Below the pieces are notes generated by a model. It saw nothing but the letters and a program-made list of their open reading frames with translations. It was not told the origin of the DNA and did not search any database. Of a DNA stretch of 64,000 nt, positions 36,355 to 48,923 are shown in pieces. Both the position numbers and the translations under genes were made by a program. The stretch is from Pseudovirgaria hyperparasitica (Eukaryota), in the NCBI GenBank assembly GCA_010093815.1, contig ML996566.1, one strand, 5' to 3'. Every line of letters starts with the position of its first letter. Positions within the stretch are counted from its first letter, which is position 1.

Positions 36355-37496
36355 ATTGCACGCGTGGTGTCTTGCTACTTTCATGAGCTTAGTCCTCACC
36401 AGGACATATGATTGAATGATTTACCTCCTAAAATGGACCATGCCGGCATCTATCTCGTAATGCATCCCATGAAGTATCAACAAAGTGTTACGTTCACACT
36501 CAACGCTCGTACGCTGGGGTGCTCTTGCCCCTTTAGCCAAAGGCGAAAAGGGAGCAAGGCGGAAAGGCAGCCAGTCAACAAGGCAACAAGGCTCAAAGCG
36601 GGTGTTGGTGTCGTTCCTGATCGCTGATTCGTGGACTCAGTTTCGGAGCGCGCGTCCGCATCAACACGATACCAACACGCCAACACGAACAATTCAGCCT
36701 CGTCAATATTACCTTAATCTCCGGTCTAAGTTATTGTGAAGGCAGCGGATACACAATTAGCAACCTTCAGGTATCTACGTCTGATGCCTTTCGCTCGTGC
36801 TGGTGAATGGTATGAAGGATCTCACTCGCGCATCGGAAACAAGGAAAATATGACGTTCAACAATTGACCATCTCGTCTGGACTTGAATCAAGCGCAGTCT
36901 CCGGGTCATTTACGGGGGTGAAGTAGTGGAGCAGGTATACAAATAGATGATACTGATGCCTGGTGAGATTCTCAGCCGCAGTAAACCTCCGGGGGCCTAA
37001 GAAGTAGTGGTAAACGAGGCTGAAGCGTCACAGTGCCAACCGTTCTACCTTGGCGTCGCACGGATCGAGTTACGCGCATCTTAACTAGTGTGGCTTACAA
37101 GTCTAGTTCCCCGTACCTACCGAACTATAGAAAGATCTGACGAGTTGGTGGCTCGATGCAGACGAGCTTGTATATTTGTAGAAAAAGGTGAGCATGGCAG
37201 TGTTTCGACTTCCGGACCAATCAATACCACAAGCTGAGCGTGCTGAGTAGATGCCACTGTCACTATGCAGCCAGGTCACGGCCTGACCTCAGAGATATCG
37301 CCATGAGTGGTCCTCTCTCTTGGCCCCAAACGAGGCCGTCAACCATCTGCAGTGTATCGTAAGATGTAATGATGGCTAAGACTGCCGTGTATAAAGCGCG
37401 AACGGATTCTGCGTAGTCCGGCAGTGATAATACAACTGATTCCTAAGATACATACACACTGTCTCACTGATACCGAACAGCCAATTCTGGATTAAG

Positions 37497-39085
37497 ATGG
37501 TTAAAATCACTGGCATTACCGGCGCCCAGTTCGAAGCCGACACGCCCGAATACGATACCGCACGTATCCAATATGCCACTTTCGGCGGAAATCATGACGA
37601 CCAGGGGCTAGACCCTCTCCTGATCATCAAGCCGAAGAACAAAGACGACATCAAGCTTGCACTTGCATACGCCAATGAACAGAGGATCGCTGTCGCGATC
37701 CGCACGGGGGGACACCAGTATAGTGGTGCATCCTCAACGACATCCCAGAATATTCAGATTGATCTGTCAGAGACATTTGCGGGTGAATGGTTCTCAACCG
37801 AGGAAATTGATGGAGAACATAAGAGGTCACTTGTGCGAGTCAGTGTAAGCTGGCGTCTTAACGACTTCAATGCTATGCTTGGCGCGAATGGTCTATTCGT
37901 TCCGCATGGCCAGTGTGGTCATGTTATGTTAGGAGGTCATGTCCAGACCGGGGGTACGTAATTCCAGATCACCCCAAGAGGTAAATGTACTAAGTTGAGG
38001 CAGGATATGGACAGCTTGGTCGCAGCTTTGGTCTGCTGTCGGATCATGTTCGGACGCTGGAGATCATCACGCATGATGGGCAAGAGCTCGAGGTCGATCG
38101 CACGCATTTCCCGGAGCTGTTTTACGCCATGCTGGGTGGGAGTCCGGGGAACTTTGGCGTCCTGACGCATGTAACGCTCGAAGTGCATCGCGACCAGGAT
38201 CATCAGGGCGCACGCGCGATGAAGGCGGGTTGGTTGTATGACCCAGCTGTGATGAAACGGTTGACAGATATGGTCGTTCAAATGGGCGAAGACGATAATT
38301 TTCCCGCGAATTTCGACTTATGTGTAAGCGTTATCGACCACGGCGCGGACTTACCAGCTCACGGTTTCGATAATCCTGCGCTGAGAGACAGCAACGACCT
38401 GGGACCACCTATGATTGTTGTATATGCGCAATGGGTACCATTGACCCCAGGTGAAGTATTTGACGAGCGAGCTCAACAATGGTTCACGGAGCTGGGTCAA
38501 GGCGCTTTTCAAGGTAACACCATCATCGAGGCGCCAATGTCAAAAATCACACCCATGTGGATCTTTCCCAACCCACGCGAATACAACTTACCATACGTCA
38601 AGCGCGCATACGTCACCAACTCGAAGACATTGTCGAAGGATGGTTGGGCGCAGTGGGTGACTGATAGATGCACGCAGATTGTGGGAAAACATGCTGAAGA
38701 CCTGCATCTTGCAGTTCAACTCCAGTGCTTTGGAGGAGGATTGTCCAAGTTCAAAATAAATGCTGACAATGGAACATCGCTGAGCTGGCGTAGGGACAGC
38801 ACCATTGTGGCCGTGTTGGACTGCTTCCACGACGAAGATTCCAAGGTTGATGCGGAGCAATGGCAGAACGTGAACGATGAGCAAGGTGTTGGTCCCAAGG
38901 GTATCTTCAGCAGGGAGGACCGTCGGGTGCTCTGGGGCTCATACGGCGAGTGGGACCTTGACAAGGTGTGGAACTGTTATTACGAAGACCGTGAAAAGTA
39001 CGAGAAACTGGGTGAGATCAGGAAGATCTATGACCCGAATGGAGTGTTCACGTCAAATCCATTCTCAGTGAAGCGCGCTGTTTGA
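37497..39085 (+). CDS. FAD-binding PCMH-type (berberine bridge enzyme-like) oxidoreductase; exons 37497..37953, 38004..39085
   Basis: AIRTGGHQYSG (FAD-His motif), HGQCGHVMLGGHVQTGG|YG, LGGSPGNFGVLT, and C-terminal LGEIRKIYDPNGVF. Confidence 0.88.
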
Positions 39086-40946
39086 GTCAAAGAGCCGGAT
39101 GAGTGTAGATGGCGGTTCAGAGTAGCGAGACAGGATGTATGTATTAGTAGCACATGTATTCAACGCAACATTCTTGCAAATCGACGTGATCCGTTAGGAT
39201 TGGGTGACAGCACCCAGCCATGCTCTTGGTGTCGCTTGAAGCGATGACGCTGCAGTACCTGTCCACGTCTTCTCTATCACGTCGATCTTGCCTGCAAGAC
39301 GTCCCCAAACATCTCTTCTTGAGTCGATACGGTGGTGTGCAAAAAATACGGAAGTGACTTGCAGATTGTGTTCCGTGAGGAGATTATTGGCACCATGTTG
39401 GTTTGAAAACCTGCTCAACCGGGAGCACGCTCTCATGCCATCGTCTCAGTTATGTGCTCAGTATGCGTCAATATCAAGCTGTGGATTTACCAATGCGCAA
39501 CTAGCACGAAGGATTGCGCGCCGCTCCGGTGACGCCGACCCAGGACCTTTGGTCCCAATGGCTGCATGATGCTAGTGTATAAGAAGCCATATTGACGATG
39601 CGAGAGTCTTGGTCGCAAGACAGGGCCGGAAATGCACGATACCTTGTAATTACGCTTCCAATCGACAGCCATTCTACGTCACAACGAGCACTAAGGCTTG
39701 TGAAGAAGGATGTAACCTTATTAGCGCTGGCCGGATAGCTCAGACAGGTATAGAACATGACAATTGATATTATCATGCGCCGAAAGGAATGGGAGGAGAT
39801 GGTGTTTACATTAGTGAGGGCGATGAGGAGTAGACCGGAGAAGATGAAGTTGAGGTCCAGGCACGGCCGAGCCAAAGACGTTGCTCCGAGCTGTCACTAG
39901 CCTATACTCTTCTACCGTAACTAATAAGAAGGATGACTAACTACCTATACCGAGATATACCGTATGTGTATACCCACGTGACACGAGTCCGAGTGTCAAG
40001 TGACCAGACCCCATGTGGGCGCAACTACTTCGCTATCGAAACCTCCGTCTCGGTCTCGGACTTGTTCACGGCTCAACATCTTCACCTTCATCATCTCCAG
40101 CTTCATCCTTCTCTAAAATCCTTCCATCGCCTCTGTCCGAGTCTGGCTCCTTTCTCTCTGCCCGGCATCGTATTTTTACCATCCTGGACCGATGTTAAGG
40201 TCCACCTGCACCAATCGACTCATGCCCACCACGTTTTTTGTTGGGTAACAAAGTTTGCGCTAAGACACCGCCTCCGAGATCTGGACTGGATCTCCCTCAG
40301 CGCAAACGTTTGCTCCGTGTATTGCTGTGTTGTGCGATCCCCTCGCTCTGCACATTTGCCGGGGGTCCCCAGATCAACGTGGTTGTCACATGGAGAGAAC
40401 AGGGTCCAGGCTGTCTGGATGCTCTTGTCCTGCAGATCATTAAGCTTCTTGAAACCGAGTATGGGAATGCGACTGCACTGTCTTCCATGACATATCGCGA
40501 TCCTCTTGCCGATCAAGGTTTCTCCTAGTAATGGAACAGTCTTGATACAGCCTTGTGGAGCCTTCTGGGCTGGCTGCGTCACGTCGAGCCGTGCTCTGAT
40601 AAGTTGGCTTCCAATCGATACATCGAGACACCCAAGGTTCTAGATGTGGAGCATTAAGGAGCATTTTATGTCGAACCTGGTTGGCTGTGTCTAGGACCTC
40701 GCAACTCCAAATGTGTACTTGTCCTACGCTCTCTTGCGTGTGCCCCAGAGCTCAGGTGCCGTAGCATCCAGCCGCTGTCATGGAACAAGGTCTGGAAAGG
40801 GTCACAAAGTTTATTTTCTGCATAGCCGGCATGCCCATAGGTCAAAAAGACCTATCAGCCAGCAATCTCTCGACCTTACTTCTATTCTGTGGTTTTTTCA
40901 CTCCTTCTCTCCGCCATCATCTCGTTTTAATAGTTCGTTCTCGCCC

Positions 40947-43900
40947 ATGGCATCCCGATGGAATGAACTGGCCCTTGAGGACGCCAATCTGTCCGCTAGA
41001 ACGTACTCTTTCAATAAAGGCTCCCCTCCCTCTGTCCCTCCTAAGGAACCCCTTGTCTTCGATTTTAAGGAAGCACTTGGTCTAGGGCCATCGACTCCCA
41101 GTGTAGTATCAGACTCTTCTGCTCATACACTTGGCTCTGGTGTTCACCCAGAGAGTAGCGCTTCCGCCTATCAACCATCTCGGCCTCAGCCTTTGCAGCA
41201 GTTTCATCCATATCCTTCTGCTCCACAGGTTTCTCACGGGACTCATAACTACAGCCAGAATCACCTACATCCTGAACGACACCGCGGCATGGCCCATTCC
41301 TCCAAGGCCCAGCAACAATGTTTGCGGCTATGCAAAACCACATCGGCAGCTGGTGATCGCGTCGCCGAACGCATGGCTGAGTTATCTGCTATTGCCAGGC
41401 ATCTTCCTCATGGCTTCGACGTCCTAGCTAACGATCTGCTCGACACGTGTCAAGTCTTCGCCACTATCGAGTATGGACTCGGCGAGGTCGTGAGTGAGGG
41501 TCAATCATGGCCACTTGACATGATCTCCGTCTTAGACAAGAAATTTCGTGCTGCCCAAAGAGACTTTCAAAATCTCGATCACATGATCGGAAAGCAGCTT
41601 GAGCAAGAAAAGAAAGGATCCATGGGTCGCTGGTTCTCACGCACATTCGGAGATAGTGGACTTCATGGCATGGCCAATACACTAGCTAAGACTCGTGAGG
41701 ACCTCAAAATCAGCGCATTCATGTTCCAGTGGCACGCTGGTGCAGACATCGAGAGCGAGGTTGGCATTGGCTATATCGGACTTGCCTCTGCGCTCGACGG
41801 TAAAGGTACCCGACGCAAGCCCCCGCCTGCGTCTGTAGCTTCCGATGAGACACATCGTCCCGGTCAAGTCCAGAGACAGCGAAGTCTGGATCACCCGCGA
41901 ATGACTCCACAATTGATGGCGCCGCCGGCACCGCATGGACGCGGGGACAGAGCCTTCCCGTTGAGGAATGAATCTCTCGGAACCCGGAGTGATACGATGG
42001 TTCACAGCCTCGATTCACTAGACAGTCCAACCACTCCGTACACATCCAGTTCTACAAGCTCTTACTTCGACCCTAACCAGAATCGGAAGCCTGGTATGCC
42101 ACACGGTCATGACGATAACTACCATTCGCACTCAAGCACAGAATTTGATGCTCTTGTTGGTGACATCTCCCAACTTGACCTCGATAGCATCAAAACTACA
42201 CATATCGAGGCCGAACCATTTACAATGCCACGAAGGAGACCTCGAACTCTGGCTGATGCCGATAAAGTGGGCGCAACGAACGCCCTCGTAGCAGCAATTC
42301 AATGCAGAGATCATCGCCGCGTCGAGCAGCTCCTAGACCGCGGTGTTTCTCCCAACACTGGGCACGAGCATCACGCTTTGAACGAAGCCATGCTTGCCCA
42401 AGATGGTGAAAGTGTGCGCCTCCTTCTGCTTTACGGTGCCGATCCGAATGACCCTGACGCGAACCACGTCAGTCCTCTTGCCGTTGGAGCTATGAAGTCA
42501 TTCCTGGCCGGAACCTTGGTTCTTCTCAAATATGGAGCAGACCCAAATTTGAGTGCGGGGCCCGACTCTGATAACGCGATTGTCATTTCTGGCAACACTG
42601 GCAACACCAAGATCCTGCACATGCTACTCATGTATGGTGGTAAGCCCAATCAAAGTGCACAAGACGGCAATACTTTGTTGATCGGCTCCATCACCAAGAA
42701 GGTTCCTCTGACCTTGGTTGACTTACTACTTGAATATGGAGCCGACCCCAACGAGAAGAACCAGGAAGGCAAGACCGCTCTATTCGAAGCCATCACCTCA
42801 GGTCGTGACGATATCGTCGCAAGCTTGATCAAACACAAAGCAGATCCGAATCTGCCTGGACCTAAGCACATGCTATGGCCATCGACCTACCAACCCAAGT
42901 GTCTTCAAATCCTCCTCGATAATGGCGCGAGCTACCGAAAATCACCTGGCATCATGGAACTCGCAACCTCAATCAACAACATAGAGTCAGTAAAGATCCT
43001 CATCAAGGCCGGTGTCGACGTAAATGCGAAAAAGGACGGCGTTTACACTCCTCTCTGTACGTCCATCCGTGATAACCGCCCAGATATCTTCAAACTCCTT
43101 CTCGCCAACAAAGCCGACCCCAATGTTCCCGCCTCCGAGTACCCATGCTTCAAGTGCGTCACCCACCATCGCGAGCAATTCCTGCCTGCCCTGGTAGCAG
43201 CTGGCGGCGATCTCTCTTCACCAAAGGGCATCCTGGAAACTGCCGTAACTTCAAACAACATCGTAGCACTCAAATGGCTTCTCGATCAAGGTATCAACCC
43301 GGATGACAAGTCTGGCCAGGGCCATACCGCCCTCACGTCCGCCATCCGCGATTCCCGCGTCGATGTTGTGAAAACTCTCCTCCACGCCGGGGCAAATCCT
43401 AATGTGCGCGGCCAAGACTGGCCCGTCTGCATGGCTGTACGCAACCCCGAGATCCTCAAGCTCATCCTCACAGTTCTTCCCGAGCCGCGCGCGTTCAAGG
43501 GCATCATGGAGATGGCCGTACAAGCCAACCAACTTGAATCGCTCCGTATATTGCTCGCGGCAGGCGTGAGTGTGGAAGATCGTAACGGAGGCGTTTTCAG
43601 TCCGCTCACGACGGCAATTCGCGAGCGCCAAGACGAAATCGTCGATTTTCTAGTGGGTGAGGCAGGTGCGGATGTCAATGCCCCCGGAGAGCATTTGCCC
43701 ATTGTCAAGGCACTGAGGAGGTGTGCGGAGGTGCACACTGAAATCATCGACGTGCTACTCGACAAAGGGGCTGACCCAAACAAGGTAAGTCTTTTTTTCT
43801 TGCGTTCGAGAGAGCTATTACTAATATAGAACAGATGTACAGAGGTTGGAACGGCATCATGCAGGCACTTGAAAATGGAGATGCAAAAATGCTCAAGAAG

Positions 43901-44029
43901 CTTTGTGAGAAGTGCGGTGTGGATTTGGAAGTGCGGGACGAGTTGGGACGCAACGTGACGGAGATTGCTGTGAGCAGGCGGTGGGAGGAGGCCATCCAGA
44001 TTCTGCTCAGCAATGCCTTCAGGAAGTGA
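40947..44029 (+). CDS. Ankyrin-repeat protein with a helical (HeLo-like/SesA-like) N-terminal region; exons 40947..43784, 43835..44029
   Basis: More than 12 ankyrin repeats (LLLLYGADPN, GKTALFEAI, TPLCTSIR, GHTALTSAIR, FSPLTTAIR). Intron GTAAGT...CTAAT...ACAG. ATG 40947 (MASRWNEL). Confidence 0.85.
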
Positions 44030-45576
44030 GTATGACGATGCATAATGTTGGAAACGAGGGTATTGTAATGTTGCAGTTTGGTACATCATATACCCGGTCG
44101 GTGTTTGCGGACTGTTGTTTACACACATACCACTTTTCTCTTGGGTTGTCGTTATTATGTAATATTTTCTTGTATGTATGTTCATATCGATCTCTTGAAA
44201 AGTAATGTTACCAAATAAACATTCCTTTATCGCTACTATCACACGAGGTCTCTCACTCGATCATTATAATGTCGCTTCATCACGCTTCATGTCATGTCGC
44301 CCGGCTCATGGTTACCTACGTATTGGAGGATAGGATGTGAGGCTGCTGAAAGTATTTGTCGAAGGGGTGAAGTCTTGGGTAGTTACATGTGTTGTAAAAT
44401 TATAAAGCTATACTGAGCCGTTGTTGTAGGCCAGCAGGCGGCAGGGCAGTCCTCGACTGAGTCACAACTCGAGACTTCATGTAAAATCACCTGTCACTAA
44501 GCTGTGAGAAGCATAGCAATGCTAACCTGCATTGTATGACTAAAATCAGCAGACTTCGTGTATATACACATATGCATGCCACTGTTATTTTTGCTCACTA
44601 CTTATGTTCCACGGCTGATACGTTCGTAATGATTTTTTTGGTTTACGTCCTCTCACCCCTCACTACTATTGTCGCTTCATTCATCTTTCCTAGACTCTTC
44701 AACGACTACAGGTCCTTCGTATTAGAATGCTGAAGCACAGGTACGAGATAACAATACCAACTGTCAACGGAACGAGTCTCTTCTACGCAGCTCACCGATC
44801 TGTTTGTCGTTCCTTTCTGGGATTATCGTTTGCCCATCTTACTTCGCCCTGTAATGGCTGTCTCCTACGCTATAGGAATACCTTAGTATGGTCAAGCCTA
44901 TCACACCTAGATCCAGTGATAGCTGCGAGACCCGCTTGAGCAGCGGGTGCCTTGCATTCAACATGCATAGCTAGCTGGGATTTGTGACTGGGATATGTCC
45001 ACATTATTACAACGCATACCCCTTTTACCAACATAGTTGCACATTCGGATGTAAGGGTATCCTCGGTGTATCTCCATGCGCAACCGAGACACTCCCTGTC
45101 CCTGCCGTACCGGCATGCTACAGCCAGGATCAATCCGGACCCCCACATCCACTCCCTTGACAATGCTGTGCAACATAATAATTTGAGCTCCGAGCGTTAC
45201 GAGGCACCCGAGGCATCCGGGGTTCTCCTGGCTAGTACCCCTTGCGGCGGTACCCCGCCCGAATCTCTGTGTGCCTTACTTCGTCGGCTAAATCCCATAA
45301 GGGATGCGATGGATACTGATATGGTATCCCGAGGAAGTGGGTGAATTACTGCGTGATGTCTGGCTTGGAAGGGAAAAAGGAATAGTGGGACGCCCGAGAG
45401 AAGGGTATGGTGGCTCAAGCGATGTGTATGAGTGTAGTCGTCTAGTTCTACATGCTTGCAAGATATATGAAATATGTATCAGTGGAGATAGTCATAACGG
45501 AAATTTACAGAGCGGGCTGAGGAGCGATTTTCGCGAACCATTACGAGCAACAAAAACCATAGGTGTGAACCGCTCT

Positions 45577-47282
45577 CTACAATTCGCGAACCTTCACCCG
45601 TAGCCCGCCTCTCGGTTTTACCGTAAACATGCCATCCGGAACCGGCTCCCCTTGTCCTTGCGCAAGCTCGAACTCGAACCGAGCCAGGAGCGCTGCCAGC
45701 AGCGCTTTCAGCTCATACCTCGCAAATCCCTGACCGATACAGCTCCTCGGTCCATGGAGAAAGGTGTTGAAGGCGAGGGCCGGTGCACCGCCTTTCACCG
45801 AATCTTCCATCCATCTCTCCGGTCGGAAAAGGTCTGCATCGGGGCCCCATGTCGAGCTCGCTCGGTTGAGCGCCCAGATGGGGATGATGACGAGCACGCC
45901 GGTGGGGATGGGAATGTTGGCGATTGTGGTTGGGCGCAAGGTGACCCGTGTGGTGAGCGGAGCGGCGGGGTATAGACGGAGAAGCTCGGATAAGAATGCT
46001 TGGAGGTAGGAGGATGAATCCAGAATGTCGGCGGTCATGACGCTATCGGTGTGGAGCAACGGCTGGAGCTCATTGCGTAGGCGGATTTGGATATCTGGGT
46101 GGGTCGCGAGGATGTAAAGGGCCCACGAGAGAGTTGACGAGGTTGTTTCGTGGCTTTGCAGTGTATCAGTAGGATGTTTTAGTAGAGTGGGGAAGAACAG
46201 AGATTGGTATTACCCTGCAGCAAGAAACGTGAGCAGTTGATCCGTGAGAGTGTCGTCGGTAAAGTTCCCTGTGCGCGTCAAGATGGCGATGATATCATTT
46301 TGATGTCTTATTCCATCGTTCATTCCCTGCTGCTTCTCCGTGAGCAGGTCACTCGTAATCTCTCGCAGCCTAGAGGCTGCTTGCGATATGGTAACAGTTG
46401 CTCGGAGGGGTATCCATTTAGCCAGCCAGTACGGGAGAATCTCATTAGTCAGATAGTATAGCAGCATATCAATTGACTTGATATCAAACAGGGAAGAGTA
46501 TTGCTTGGCAAGTGCATTGTCAGAGTTCTCGAGAGTATTAAAATCTTTGCCGATGCATGCAGACCCGATGATATCAAGCGTCGCTCTCGATATGGGTGCT
46601 GTTACTTCCAATGAGCCGTCCTTGCGAGCCTCACGCGAAATTACATCGCCTAGTTGATGACCTTTGGCCCAGAAAATTGGAACGAGGTCTTTGATGTGAC
46701 GTCCTGAAAACGCTGGAGTAACGTTCTTCCGCTGTTTCTTGTGCTCGTCCCCTTCTACATTGACCAGACCGTTGCCGAGAATCTAACAAGATTTATTGGT
46801 GGAGAGCTTTCGAGAAGATTGACACCTAGACTGACCATGGATAAAAGCTTACGAGCCATACCGGGCTTCTCATAATGGTACGCATGGGTGCTCACAACGT
46901 CCATCATAGCCTCCGGAGTGGTAACGTGAATGGCGCTGCCGAGGTGCAAGTAGCCTTTGTAATGAATTACTCCTTGATTCGGAACTTGCTCAATCCATTT
47001 CCTAAACACTTGACCTGGAGGCAGGCCCTCTATTTCTTGGGAATGTCCGAGAAAGAAGTGGCTTGTTTGAGGTGCGGGAAGAGGCCTGAGGGGAGACGTG
47101 AAATAAGGAAGAACGAGTTTTGAAATAAGGAATGCATATGCGACAATGAGGAAAGTTTTGGTGACCAGATGAGAATTAGAGAAAAGGAAGAACTCGTACT
47201 GGCGGGCAAGGAGTAGTACGCTGACGGGCATCAGTGCCAGTCCCGTAACGATTATATCTCCTTTGATGGTTGCCATGCTCAT
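45577..47282 (-). CDS. Cytochrome P450 monooxygenase; exons 47282..46836, 46782..46214, 46153..45577
   Basis: N-terminal membrane anchor, I-helix FLAAG|HETT, ExxR (SELLR), PERW, and heme-binding FLHGPRSCIG. Confidence 0.93.
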
Positions 47283-47911
47283 CCGTTGCAAGCATTTGTA
47301 CGTGATGCGATGAGTTGTACTCTACCTGCCTATATGTTCTCACACACTTATCATATATATGAGAGGAAGCTGGTCACATTCGGATCGCGTTGCGAGCGGG
47401 AGGCGGACCGTAAGCAATAAATCCATCCTTAGTCACGAGCCACGTATGCGTCATACTTATCGTTGGACGAGCTGATCCGAGTTGCATTTAGACTTGCACG
47501 AAATGCCTATGCCATAGTTAGACCTCAAGAGGCCATATGCATCGACTCATTGCAATACCTGTTAAATAAAAAGGTATGTCGGATCGAGATGTGCAGGATT
47601 AGACGTTCTGCTATCTACGCGTATATGACAGTAGCTTCATTCCCGCTGGGCTATTCAAAGCTGTCCTCAGGCCTTTAAGTTAGTTGTACCAGAGCAGTGC
47701 TTACTTTACTACTTATGGCTTCCAACATATAGGTGAAGAGGCAACAATACTTCAGGTGGAGCAAAATAATGCTATACATACACCTATTCACCAAGATATA
47801 TATCCAGACAGCTAAATAGAGTGCCTAGGTAGTACCTGTGTGCTCTCCTGCGCTTCGTAAAAAACATCCTACTCATCTCAGTAGATTTTACCTGTTACGA
47901 TTGTAGGCAAT

Positions 47912-48708
47912 ATGTCCTCGGCCACATTCATCGATGACACTGGAATGAAGACATATGTCCCGCTTGGTTCGTTCGTGCCTGGCTAGAAATTTACGTCCTC
48001 TGACATTTCCCAGAGAACAATCCAGATGTTATGACTCAACTGGCTCATCGCCTCGGAGCTTCGACGGCCCTGAGCTTCTACGATATCTACTCAATGGACG
48101 AAGATGTCCTCAATTTCATCCCAAGGCCCGCACATGCATTAATATTCATAGCCCACGCCGACGCCTTCTTCAAGACCCGCGATGAGGAGAATAATGGCAT
48201 GTCAGAATATGACGGATGTGGTGCCGATGAGCCAGTGTTATGGATTAAGCAAACCATCGGACATACCTGCGGGCTCATGGCTCTTCTACACAGCATGGCT
48301 AATGGAGGTGCCAGAGAGAGTATTGTGCCCGGCTCACTTGCAGATAGGCTCTTCAGGGCCGCTGTTCCTTTAAAGCCAAAAGAGCGTGCCAAGCTATTAT
48401 ATGACTCTGAAGAGCTCGAACTCATACATCAGGAATATGCTCAAAAGGGTGACTCGGCAGCCCCATCTGCGGCGGATCCAAACGAGCTGCATTTCATAAG
48501 TTTCGTCAAGGCGGATGATAATCATCTCTGGGAGCTAAATGGGGGTATGAAGGGGCCTGTTGATCGCGGAGAGTTGGGTCAGGATCTGGACGTGTTAAGT
48601 GAGAAGGCGTTGGATCTGGGACCGAAGGCGTTCTTAAGGGCGGCCAAGGAACATGGTATGAGCGATATCAGATTCAGTATCATTGCGATGGCGCCGACTC
48701 TGGAATGA
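47912..48708 (+). CDS. Ubiquitin carboxyl-terminal hydrolase (peptidase C12, UCH-L3/Yuh1-like); exons 47912..47966, 48014..48708
   Basis: YVPL|ENNPDVM, KQTIGHTCGLMALLH (oxyanion Gln and catalytic Cys), ELHFISFV (His), LWELNG. Confidence 0.9.
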
Positions 48709-48923
48709 TTGGGCACGACGGACAGATGCTATTGTTGAGCGATGCTAGCGAGAATGAGTCTAATAATGAGAAAGCTTGTGGTGCCGTTGACTCGTTTGTC
48801 TCCACAAAAGTCTCGGGCAATTTTAGCGTGGATTTCATGAAAAGCAGTAATGCGCCAACATACATTCCACCTCAGATTTTCTCTATTCATCGCTACAAGC
48901 TCGATTGAGCTGCATGTAGCCAC

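Noticed and set aside
40713..40946. ORF-track N-terminal extension of the ankyrin protein
   Set aside because: Starts at GTG and runs through a CT-rich 5' UTR-like tract. ATG 40947 is the more plausible start.
44848..44860. CTGTAATGGC, resembling the fungal SRP RNA 5' motif
   Set aside because: No SRP helix 8 motif or Pol III terminator at the expected distance.
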